From an uncultured virus (IMG/VR IMGVR_UViG_3300031857_014466) (Duplodnaviria; Heunggongvirae; Uroviricota; Caudoviricetes), in IMG/VR virus record IMGVR_UViG_3300031857_014466: DNA of 64,000 nt, one strand, 5' to 3'. Positions 55,936 to 64,000 of the stretch are shown piece after piece (position 1 is the stretch's first letter; each line of letters opens with the position of its first letter). Position numbers and translations under genes: made by a program. The notes under the pieces are model-generated. The model saw only the letters and a list, made by a program, of their open reading frames with translations. It was not told the origin of the DNA and searched no databases.

Positions 55936-58212
55936 ATGTCAAGTTTTCCAAATTTTTCAAATATCGCAGGATATGTTCAAACCGAACTTAATTCTAGAAA
56001 AAGAAATATAGAAAAAATTTCTGGATTAAACGCTTGGGTAAGAGTTTCATCTGGAGTTGGTGATGGTTTAATAATTTTATCAAACCCAAATTTTAAACTC
56101 TTTGGAGCAGCTGGTGAGGGTTCTATTTATGGTGGTGGTAAGAGTAGTGGAACTTTAGGAAAAACTTGGGGTGGTGGGTTTGTATCAGCAACAGCAAATG
56201 ATTCTGTTTTCAGACCAAAACCAAATATAAGTTCTATCGAAGTTGATGAGGGTAGTGGTACTCTTAGTAGAAAAGCAACATTTACAATTACAGCTTATAC
56301 AAAAGGTCAATTAGATAGTTTGTGTGAATATTTTTTGGAACCTGGTTATTCTATTTTTATAGAATGGGGTTGGAATGTTAAAAGTTCATTAAACAAATAT
56401 AAAAATACATTAGATGTTGATAGTGTAGCGAATTACCAAACATTTGATAATGTAAATGCAGCTAGAGAAGCATGTGGTGGTATGTACGATAACTATTTGG
56501 GATTTATAACAGGAGGAAGTATATCATTAAATGGAAATAGTTACGAAATAACTGTTAAGTGTACAGGCTTTACCGAATTACCTGCATATTTTATGGGAGC
56601 GGATAATTCTGAAGAAAAAGGTACAGAAAGTGAAAAGAAAACTGCAGCAGAATATAGTACATCTCAAATATCAGCAGAAACTGATTTAGGTAAGAAAAGA
56701 TTTATGATGGCTTTTAATAGATTACCATCAAACAGAAGAACAGAAAGAGTTTCAGCATTGAGAACAGAAGCAGATGTTGCAAACGCCGTAAATTTTATAA
56801 ATATTGATGAAACTGTAAAAGCAAAGGTAAATAAATGTACAACTGGTACTCAAATATTAGGATTTACATTAAATAATGAAGAAGCAACATTTGAAAGCGG
56901 TGGTAAAAAAACGGATGTGGAATTTCCTGCTGGTAGTGAAATTATTAAAGATGATGCATTTATAAAATTTAGTGCTTTAATTAGAATTATAAATCAAATA
57001 GGAATTGAAGGATTTATGATTGGTGGAAAAGAAGTTAAAACACAAATAAGAACAGATAATACGGCATGTACAGCATTCCCAAAAATATTTAGTACAGATA
57101 AAACAAAACTATTCATACCAAATAAAACAGCACCTAAATTTGATATTGTTAAGGCAGCAAATAGTGAAACTGATAATGGTGTATCGAATGAAGAAGTAGA
57201 TGATTGTTCGGTATCGGGTACAGATGGTACAATAGTACAATTTCCTGCTGCAGGTGCAATCGTAGATGGTTCGGCTAATGGTGTAGTTATACAAAATAAA
57301 GTTGATAGTAGTTTTATAGGATTAAATAAACCAGAAGGACAGTGGGGATTCTTAAATGATTTATATGTAAATTTGGACTTTGCCAAAGGTATATTGGAAA
57401 CTAAAAACTTTTCAATAAAAGATGGGTTATATCAGATACTAAATGGTATGGCTGGTGCAGCTGGTGGTATATGGGATTTTCAAATAATTCCTGGTGAAAA
57501 TAATGATGAATTAAGAGTTGTGGATTTAAATTTAACAGCAACTGGAAAAGAAAAACCATTTGAATTTGAATTACATGGGGTAAGTTCTATTTTTATAGAT
57601 GCCTCTTTGGATTTAGATATTAGTGGTGCAAAAATGAATCAAATAATTGGTAATAGAATAGGACAGAATATAAATGGAAGTCAAAAAGATATTACATCAA
57701 AAAAGAAAGGATTATTTACTGATAAAGAAGACAAAATACTTACAACAATACGAAGAAGGGAAGAACCACCACCAAGCGATGATAGTCCGCCAGAAGGACC
57801 AACAGCTGATGAAATAGAAGAAGCAAAACAAAAAAATTTACAACTATTTTTAGATAAGGTTGGGTTTATGCCAAGACCTGATAAAGATGATAAATTTGAT
57901 TTTGCTGCAAATTTATCAGCAGCATGTTTTATAGTTGCTTACAATGACCAAGCGGTTTTTGAATTTTTTAAAAAACAAAATGATGTTACAGATGTTCAAA
58001 CTGAATCTGATGGTACTGGTCCTATAATGCCAATTAAATTTAATTTTAGTATTCATGGTGTGAGTGGTATCAAAAGAGGTGATAAGTTTATGGTTACTGG
58101 ATTACCGGCTGGTTACCAAAATGGATTCTTTCAAGTAACTTCTGTAAAACATACTATAAGTGAAATGATGTGGAAAACAGAAATAGAAGGAAGTTATAGA
58201 CAAGCTAGATAA
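55936..58212 (+). CDS. Putative baseplate hub protein
   Basis: 758 aa after the LysM gene; PGYSIFIEWGW near the N-terminus and I.G.SGI..GD.F....LP.......FQV.SV.H.I....W.T.I.G at the C-terminus, as in hub (gp27/gpD-like) proteins. Confidence 0.65.
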   Translation: MSSFPNFSNIAGYVQTELNSRKRNIEKISGLNAWVRVSSGVGDGLIILSNPNFKLFGAAGEGSIYGGGKSSGTLGKTWGGGFVSATANDSVFRPKPNISSIEVDEGSGTLSRKATFTITAYTKGQLDSLCEYFLEPGYSIFIEWGWNVKSSLNKYKNTLDVDSVANYQTFDNVNAAREACGGMYDNYLGFITGGSISLNGNSYEITVKCTGFTELPAYFMGADNSEEKGTESEKKTAAEYSTSQISAETDLGKKRFMMAFNRLPSNRRTERVSALRTEADVANAVNFINIDETVKAKVNKCTTGTQILGFTLNNEEATFESGGKKTDVEFPAGSEIIKDDAFIKFSALIRIINQIGIEGFMIGGKEVKTQIRTDNTACTAFPKIFSTDKTKLFIPNKTAPKFDIVKAANSETDNGVSNEEVDDCSVSGTDGTIVQFPAAGAIVDGSANGVVIQNKVDSSFIGLNKPEGQWGFLNDLYVNLDFAKGILETKNFSIKDGLYQILNGMAGAAGGIWDFQIIPGENNDELRVVDLNLTATGKEKPFEFELHGVSSIFIDASLDLDISGAKMNQIIGNRIGQNINGSQKDITSKKKGLFTDKEDKILTTIRRREEPPPSDDSPPEGPTADEIEEAKQKNLQLFLDKVGFMPRPDKDDKFDFAANLSAACFIVAYNDQAVFEFFKKQNDVTDVQTESDGTGPIMPIKFNFSIHGVSGIKRGDKFMVTGLPAGYQNGFFQVTSVKHTISEMMWKTEIEGSYRQAR

Positions 58213-58222
58213 TTTTAAAATT

Positions 58223-58594
58223 ATGATTGACATAAACAGATTTAAAAAAGTTGGAAATCCTGATTTAAAGTTTGATTCGGTCAAAATAAAAACACATGTC
58301 ATTACACCAACGCCAATAGATTATAAAAAAGGATATATAACAAGATACTTTATTCAAAAAGCAAATGATACAGAATCACAAATATATGAAGTTGATTTTA
58401 TTGGTTTTAGTAAAGTAATTGATAATCCATTTTTTGCACAAGCAACTCTTAATTGGAGAGTTAAAGGAAGTGATGATGAAATAAAAAACTCCAATTATAA
58501 AGCGGTACAATTAGTAATGCCAAAAATACCAAAATTAAATTTGTACCTACCAAATCTTCTTCAATTTAAAGAAAAGAAAGATTTGGAAATCTAA
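58223..58594 (+). CDS. Hypothetical protein (tail/baseplate region)
   Basis: 123 aa; PT..DY.KGYI.RYF motif; no family assigned. Confidence 0.7.
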   Translation: MIDINRFKKVGNPDLKFDSVKIKTHVITPTPIDYKKGYITRYFIQKANDTESQIYEVDFIGFSKVIDNPFFAQATLNWRVKGSDDEIKNSNYKAVQLVMPKIPKLNLYLPNLLQFKEKKDLEI

Positions 58595-58613
58595 TTATTT
58601 TTTCTTATATTTG
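58582..58613 (+). promoter_or_regulatory. Bacteroidota-type housekeeping promoter for tmRNA
   Basis: TTTG (58582-58585), 20-nt spacer, TATATTTG (58606-58613) match the -33 TTTG / -7 TAnnTTTG consensus. Confidence 0.75.
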
Positions 58614-58626
58614 TATTTATTGATAT

Positions 58627-59004
58627 GGGGATGCTTTGGAATTGATTGCGATGAGAGGCATAGTATCACACGTAGTGGGAAGGTTCTCAAACCACTTTAA
58701 TAAAGGAATCAAACAATAACTGACGTAGAATTATCTACTTGGACCTTCGAAGATGCTATGGCATTCGTAGGTGCTGATTACGCTGTAGCAGCCTAATCAC
58801 CTCTCGCATCACTCGTGAGATTTTAAAAAGAAGTGAAACCTAAGTTTACCGAAACTATAAATCGGTTGGTGGTAGCGCTGAACTAACCATTCGGCCCCAA
58901 TTATTTTGGAAGGTGAATAAGATTAAACCTTATCCTAAACGTGTGAAAAGCTGGTATTATGGTTACTTCGTAAGACACCGGTTCGAGTCCGGTCATCTCC
59001 ACCA
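58627..59004 (+). ncRNA. ssrA: tmRNA (transfer-messenger RNA), 378 nt
   Basis: 5' GGGGATG pairs with 3' CATCTCC-ACCA with a G3-U wobble (Ala identity). T-arm ACCGG-TTCGAGT-CCGGT. Helix 2 pairings CATAGTATCA/TGGTATTATG and CACG/CGTG. Pseudoknot 1 AGTGG/CCACT plus GGTTCT/GGAATC. Tag ORF 58722-58796 ends YAVAA*. Confidence 0.96.
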
Positions 59005-59011
59005 CTTTTTT

Positions 59012-59048
59012 AATCCCCATTTTACATTTGGTAATTTGGGGATTTTTT
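59012..59048 (+). terminator. Terminator hairpin after tmRNA
   Basis: AATCCCCA...TGGGGATT outer stem with inner TTAC/GTAA, followed by TTTT. Confidence 0.7.
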
Positions 59049-59058
59049 CGTATATTTG
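59027..59058 (+). promoter_or_regulatory. Bacteroidota-type housekeeping promoter for the polymerase gene
   Basis: TTTG (59027-59030), 20-nt spacer, TATATTTG (59051-59058). Confidence 0.75.
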
Positions 59059-59062
59059 TGTT

Positions 59063-60343
59063 ATGAGAATTGTTGAGTCTATTGATGAGTTAAACGAATT
59101 AAAGGTAAAGCTGGAAACCGAACCATCCATTTGGTATCCGCTTTGGGTGGATAATGATAAGCACCCATTAAACACCACCATTTCGTTTATATTCGTAAGA
59201 ACCCTATCGGACAGGTATATTGTACCACAACAACACACAGACGCTCTATCACTCTCTAATGAGCAAATAGGGGGGTTGTTGAATACCGCCGGTGATAAGT
59301 GGGTATTTCAAAAGAAAAAGCTACTCCAATCTTTTGTTACACTTAGGGAAGGACTGAATGATGTTGACACCGCCTATTTCTTAAAGACCGGTGAAACAAT
59401 AGACTACTCTCAACCATTACAACACTTAGTAGCTCCTTTATTACACAAAGGTTACAAAGAGGACATCATTCAATCCATTCCCATTCTTAAACTTGCGGAA
59501 GCAATAGAACCACAATTACTTAAACATAGAAACCAAAAGAGTAAAACTTATAATTGGTATAACGATATATTCTTACCAACCCTTTCAGATATTGAACGAT
59601 ATGGGATCCGGGTCGATGGGAAAAAATTTATTGATAGATGGCCTCAAGCTTCCAAACATCTCAAAGGTGACTTAGTGTTCACCGAATACAATCCATTTAC
59701 GGTGACGGGTAGACCATCCAATAGACATGGTGGTGTGAACTATGCCGCCCTTAACAAATCGGATGGTAGTAGAGATTGTTTCATAGCCGATGGGATATTC
59801 CTACAAATGGACTACAACGCTTATCACCCACGACTAATTGGTAAGTTAGTGGGATACCAAATGCCGGATGGAAACGTACACCAATGGTTAGCTGACCAAT
59901 ATGGATGTGGAATTGATGAGGCTAAGGGTGTAACTTTCCGATTACTATATGGTGGTATTGATGATGAGTTCCGCCAAATACCATACTTTGATAAGGTTGC
60001 CCATTTCATAGACCGCTTTTGGGATGATTCGGTAGAGTGTGATTGTATCCGTACTCCAAACCGATTGATTCCACTAAGTTGGGTAGAACAAGCCAATCCA
60101 CAAAAGGTATTCAACTATCTTCTTCAGGCATTTGAAACGGAAGTAAATGTTGAGAAAATGAGGAAGGTGTTGGAGTATATAAAAGGTACTGAAATACGTT
60201 TGACCCTTTACACCTATGACTCGTTCTTATTTGATGTACCTATGGATGTGGATACGGAATTAATTAAGGGATTGAAAGGTATATTGGAAGATGGTGGGTT
60301 TCCTATTAAAGCAAGCTGGGGAAAAACTTACGGAAACCTTTAG
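59063..60343 (+). CDS. Compact family-A DNA polymerase-like protein (426 aa)
   Basis: TVTGRPSN, motif A MDYNAYHPRL, motif B EAKGVTFRLLYGG, NYLLQA, motif C YTYDSFLF. Start moved to ATG 59063 because the track's GTG at 58913 lies inside the tmRNA. Confidence 0.85.
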   Translation: MRIVESIDELNELKVKLETEPSIWYPLWVDNDKHPLNTTISFIFVRTLSDRYIVPQQHTDALSLSNEQIGGLLNTAGDKWVFQKKKLLQSFVTLREGLNDVDTAYFLKTGETIDYSQPLQHLVAPLLHKGYKEDIIQSIPILKLAEAIEPQLLKHRNQKSKTYNWYNDIFLPTLSDIERYGIRVDGKKFIDRWPQASKHLKGDLVFTEYNPFTVTGRPSNRHGGVNYAALNKSDGSRDCFIADGIFLQMDYNAYHPRLIGKLVGYQMPDGNVHQWLADQYGCGIDEAKGVTFRLLYGGIDDEFRQIPYFDKVAHFIDRFWDDSVECDCIRTPNRLIPLSWVEQANPQKVFNYLLQAFETEVNVEKMRKVLEYIKGTEIRLTLYTYDSFLFDVPMDVDTELIKGLKGILEDGGFPIKASWGKTYGNL

Positions 60344-60348
60344 TGGGT

Positions 60349-60357
60349 ATATTTATA
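60349..60357 (+). promoter_or_regulatory. Candidate late promoter motif ATATTTATA
   Basis: About 25 nt before ATG 60382, the same spacing as at 4679 and 35945. Confidence 0.55.
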
Positions 60358-60381
60358 GTATATACAAAAATATGCTATAAT

Positions 60382-60990
60382 ATGAGAAAAATCTCCGTTT
60401 TATTATTGTTCCTTTTAGTTTCGGTAACATCTTTGGCGCAATTGCCTGATGTTAGAATTAAAAATGAAGTATTTGATGTACTTTACTCACAATCTTTAGA
60501 ACAACCCCTAATCATTAAGTATCGTTCTACAAACAGGCCTACAAATGTTAATAGAGGTCATATGGATTTCTATACTGAAAAGGGAATTAAAACATCGGAT
60601 GGTGAAGATTACAAAGCAAATATCTACGATAAAGGACATGGTGCTCCAGCAGCAACATTCTCTGATAACGAAGTGAACTTAAAGCAAACATTCTCATATT
60701 TAAATTCAATAATGCAAGACCAATACCTTAATAGAGGTGAGTGGAGAATGTTGGAAGAGCAAGAAAGAAAATGGGATGATGTAGAACCTTTGACTGTTTT
60801 AATAAAATCATTCTTTGATACTCCAGCAAAAAAAGTAGCAACGGGTGCAGCAGTTCCATCACACATTCAAAAACACATCTACTTTGAAAAACAAAAAAAG
60901 TGGAAGTGTTTTGTTTTCCTTAACGAAAGACCAAAATTTCATTGGTATGAGTTAGAAATGATATGCGAAGAAGCTGACCACAAATTTTAA
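60382..60990 (+). CDS. DNA/RNA non-specific endonuclease (NucA/EndA-like His-Me finger) with N-terminal signal peptide
   Basis: 202 aa from ATG 60382: MRKISVLLLFLLVSVTSLA-Q signal-like sequence; YDKGHGAPA (DRGH-type motif), TFSYLN...Q...LNRGEWRMLEE, and VP...K. Confidence 0.85.
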   Translation: MRKISVLLLFLLVSVTSLAQLPDVRIKNEVFDVLYSQSLEQPLIIKYRSTNRPTNVNRGHMDFYTEKGIKTSDGEDYKANIYDKGHGAPAATFSDNEVNLKQTFSYLNSIMQDQYLNRGEWRMLEEQERKWDDVEPLTVLIKSFFDTPAKKVATGAAVPSHIQKHIYFEKQKKWKCFVFLNERPKFHWYELEMICEEADHKF

Positions 60991-60995
60991 TCATT

Positions 60996-63900
60996 ATGAG
61001 TGTATCTGAATTAATTAATGAAATAGTATCCGAATGGGCATACAGAGTAAACGATGGTATGCCTGATATTAAAAACCCAACCCATATTACGGAGTTGGGT
61101 ATTGTACTTTCTGAAATGGGATTATCCAACATCAAAAAAGAAATTATAAAGACACTTACTGAAGCAGAAGATGGTAATTTTAAAAATCCTGCTCTTAATA
61201 AAAAGATTAATTATAAAAATACTAAAGGTGAAGATGCAGAAGGTATTGTTGGTAACCTTTTAAGATTACCAAAAGAACATCCTGGCCGTAAAGCCGCAGA
61301 AAAAATGTTACCACCAGAAGGTTCACCAGAAAGAGATGCTCTTAATAAAGATTTGGGTGGTGAAGGACAACCAACAAAACCTGAAGATGAAAAGGGTAAA
61401 GAAGGTGGTGATGCTGGTGGTGAAGAAGATAAAGCAAAAGCTGCTCAAGCTATGTTTGACCCAAAGGTTGACCCGGCTATGGCAGCACGAATGGACAAAG
61501 AAAAAGAAGTTCAAGCTCAATTAGCAAAAGATGCTCAAAAACAAAGCCAACAACCAGAAACTCCAGCAAATCAAAAAACAAATAAAGAATTAGCAAAGGC
61601 AGCTGGGTTTGATAATGTAGGTACTTGGTATAATGACCTTAATAAAAAAGCAATGTCGGATGATCCTGAAGTAGCATCTCAGGCTCAACAAGATTTAGAT
61701 ACATACGAAAAGAATAAAGAAAAAGATTCAAAAACAAATGAACCATCGGCTAGCGATACCGAAAAAGCTACGGGTCCTGAAGGTGGGGATACTACAGAAC
61801 TACCAGTTCAAGAACCTGGCAGAACCGATACAACACCAGCTAGTGATTCTGAAACATCTAAAAAAGATGATACTCAATTATCTGCACAAGAAAAATATAA
61901 AAAAGAAAAAGCTGAATTAAAAAGAAAAGAGGAAGAAAAAGCAGCTTTAGAAAAACTTAAAGCAGATAATCCTGATGCTTTTATGACACCTGAAAAGCAA
62001 AAAAGATTTGCTCAACTGAAAAAAGATTTAGAGGTTGGTACTGAAAAAATGAAAAAAGCAAAAGAAGAAGCTGATAAACAAACAAAAGAATTTGTATCAA
62101 AGTTTAAACAAAGAAAATCTTCTGAAGGAGAAAATTTAGATGCGGAAAGTACTGAAAATGGTTCTTTACTCATTGGAGTAGAACATGGTGAAGGAACTCA
62201 AAGCACAAAAGAAACTATTAATCAAATTACATCACTTCCAAAAGATGCAAAAGTAATGTTTGTTGGCGAAGGTGGTGTTGGTAAAGATGATAGTGGTAAG
62301 ATTGATTTTGTAGGAGAGCAAGCTGAAATTAGAGATGCATTTTTAAATCACTTTGAAAATGGTGTAGAAGCAAGTTGGGATGAAAATGGAGATGTAAGAA
62401 ATTCAGATTCTCCTATATTTGATGAAATTGCAAAAACATTTGGCGGTGATAAAGATAAAGCATTAGCATCGGTTTGGACTAATATGATTGGGCAGGGAGA
62501 TGATTTAGCTGCCGAAGATTATCTTACCGATAAAACAAAGGAATGGATTGTGGGGGAAGCTAAAAAAGGTGGTAGTAAAGAATTTGATGGTGATGTAGAT
62601 TGGGAAAACCTTTCTGATGCTCAAAAGAAAGACCTTTATGAGTTAAACTTTAGAGATGACCAAAATTATGGTGAAACCGAATTATCAAAAGGTCAACAAT
62701 CATTTAATGATTATAGACAGAAAGAAATAGATAGAAAAATAAAAGAGGGTGAGGAGCAGGGATACACTGTAATTGCAACAATGGGTAATTCTCACGTTGA
62801 TATGTGGAGAGAAAGAAATAAAGGTGAACAAAAACCTGAGCAACCATCCGTTGAACCAAAACAACCATCAGCTGAAAAGCCTGAAGAGCCAACTAAAGAG
62901 CCCGAGCAACCAAAAAAACCTGATGTAACAATTCCTGGTAAAGAACCTGGAAGTGTTGTTAAAAAAAGTGATGGTAAACCAGATGTAACATTACCTACTA
63001 AAAAAGAACCATCTGCAGAAAAACCTTCTGATACTGAAAAGCCGGAGGACAAAAAAGATGATGAAAAAGATATCAAAAAAGAAAAACCTGGACAAGAGGC
63101 TACATCATCTTCTGGGCAAAAAATTTATAGTTTAGGTGGTGGGTATTATTCTGATAAACCAAATGGTAAAGCAAGATATGTAAGAACCGAATGGATTGTT
63201 GATTTGGCATTTTCTGATATTATAACTGAAGATGTATTTGCATTGTTTGAAAAGACAATTTCAGCAACTTTATCAAATGGTAAAAAAATTAAAGTACAAG
63301 AATTACCACCAAGAGCACAAAAGAAAGCAACATACAAAGCTAGAAAAGCGGCAGCGGCATATAAAGAGCCTGAGCAAACACCTCAAGCTCCAAAAGGTGA
63401 AACTCCACCAACGGATAAAAAAGTTCCACCGCCACCGCCTGTACCACCTAAAAAAGCAGAAGTTCCACCACCACCTCCGCCACCACCAACGGCGAAGAAA
63501 TCGGATGAACCAAAAAATACATTTGAACCAATCCCAGCACAAGATGTAAAATCGGAAATTCCACAAGCTGACCCAGAAACATTTGGAGCTCCTTCTGATA
63601 TTCCGGATGGTATTGATAAAGCAGATTTAGATAAATTTAATACTGATATAAGTAAAGTGCAACAAATGGTTGCTGATGCAAAAGCTAAAGGTGAAAAAGC
63701 ACCTGATATAAATTTGTGTGATGTAACTGTACCTGGTACTAACTTATATTGTGATGATAACTTAGGTATTCCAAGAAACCAAATGCCACAATTCAAAGGT
63801 AGACCGGTTCCGGGCAGTAAGGCAGAAAAAATGCCACTAAACAAAGATGGTGAAGTAGATACCGAACCGGTGTTTAGAGAAATGCTAAAAGAAAAAGGAA

Positions 63901-64000
63901 TTACAACAACTCAAACTGAGGTGGCTGCTGATAAATTGAAAGCAACACAATCAGAATTGGGTGGTGATAAAGTAGTTGGAATGATGGGAGCTTTGGAAAA
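60996..64000 (+). CDS. Large multi-domain protein, 3'-truncated (>1000 aa); putative capsid-internal protein with TraB/Tiki/ChaN-like and ParB-like domains
   Basis: Starts MSVSELINEIVSEWAYRVNDGMPD...LTEAE and the same frame is open at the window end (...GGDKVVGMMGALE). It is missing from the ORF track because no stop lies in the window. Low-complexity Glu/Lys/Pro linkers separate globular segments. Confidence 0.8.
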   Translation, partial: MSVSELINEIVSEWAYRVNDGMPDIKNPTHITELGIVLSEMGLSNIKKEIIKTLTEAEDGNFKNPALNKKINYKNTKGEDAEGIVGNLLRLPKEHPGRKAAEKMLPPEGSPERDALNKDLGGEGQPTKPEDEKGKEGGDAGGEEDKAKAAQAMFDPKVDPAMAARMDKEKEVQAQLAKDAQKQSQQPETPANQKTNKELAKAAGFDNVGTWYNDLNKKAMSDDPEVASQAQQDLDTYEKNKEKDSKTNEPSASDTEKATGPEGGDTTELPVQEPGRTDTTPASDSETSKKDDTQLSAQEKYKKEKAELKRKEEEKAALEKLKADNPDAFMTPEKQKRFAQLKKDLEVGTEKMKKAKEEADKQTKEFVSKFKQRKSSEGENLDAESTENGSLLIGVEHGEGTQSTKETINQITSLPKDAKVMFVGEGGVGKDDSGKIDFVGEQAEIRDAFLNHFENGVEASWDENGDVRNSDSPIFDEIAKTFGGDKDKALASVWTNMIGQGDDLAAEDYLTDKTKEWIVGEAKKGGSKEFDGDVDWENLSDAQKKDLYELNFRDDQNYGETELSKGQQSFNDYRQKEIDRKIKEGEEQGYTVIATMGNSHVDMWRERNKGEQKPEQPSVEPKQPSAEKPEEPTKEPEQPKKPDVTIPGKEPGSVVKKSDGKPDVTLPTKKEPSAEKPSDTEKPEDKKDDEKDIKKEKPGQEATSSSGQKIYSLGGGYYSDKPNGKARYVRTEWIVDLAFSDIITEDVFALFEKTISATLSNGKKIKVQELPPRAQKKATYKARKAAAAYKEPEQTPQAPKGETPPTDKKVPPPPPVPPKKAEVPPPPPPPPTAKKSDEPKNTFEPIPAQDVKSEIPQADPETFGAPSDIPDGIDKADLDKFNTDISKVQQMVADAKAKGEKAPDINLCDVTVPGTNLYCDDNLGIPRNQMPQFKGRPVPGSKAEKMPLNKDGEVDTEPVFREMLKEKGITTTQTEVAADKLKATQSELGGDKVVGMMGALE

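Noticed and set aside
58960..59004. Stand-alone tRNA suggested by GGTTCGAGTCC...CCA
   Set aside because: There is no anticodon arm; the acceptor partner is about 370 nt upstream with a tag ORF between, so it is the tmRNA 3' end.
58913..59062. N-terminal 50 codons of the 476-aa polymerase ORF in the track
   Set aside because: They overlap the tmRNA 3' end, its terminator and the promoter; ATG 59063 is the plausible start.
60343..60381. GTG start of the nuclease ORF in the track
   Set aside because: It covers the candidate promoter motif; ATG 60382 puts the signal peptide at the N-terminus.
60920..63844. Many short ORFs on both strands near the window end
   Set aside because: All lie within the single long + strand frame starting at 60996 that runs off the window.
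1..64000. Stop-codon reassignment as in some large phages
   Set aside because: Genes up to 14 kb are open in code 11, and TAA, TAG (45861, 58212, 60343) and TGA (7763, 49804) all end genes at sensible boundaries.

Overview
The window is a continuous, + strand, genetic-code-11 segment of a large AT-rich myovirus genome with T4-type virion genes. It runs: end of the prohead protease, two head-associated ORFs, acidic scaffold, gp23-like major capsid protein, gp13/14/15-like neck genes, about 38 kb of giant fibre/appendage genes (4678, 3790 and 2791 aa plus adaptors, an LRR protein and chaperones), sheath, tube, a chaperone pair with a candidate +1 frameshift, tape measure and baseplate genes. 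After these come a complete phage tmRNA (ssrA), a miniature family-A DNA polymerase, a secreted non-specific endonuclease, and a >1000-aa ORF running off the end that the ORF track missed. Two exact TTTG-N20-TAnnTTTG promoters and mostly SD-less starts point to a Bacteroidota host. A recurring intergenic (A)TATTTAT(A) motif is a candidate late promoter. The most striking observation is that the 4678-aa virion protein carries 25 helical repeats with an invariant C-x-R-D...GG pattern that aligns without gaps to the bilin-attachment helix of phycobiliproteins. The next giant fibre carries two cupredoxin-like domains with complete type-1 copper ligand sets. Together these suggest a pigment- and copper-binding virion appendage. 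All family calls come from motif recognition by eye; no searches were run.
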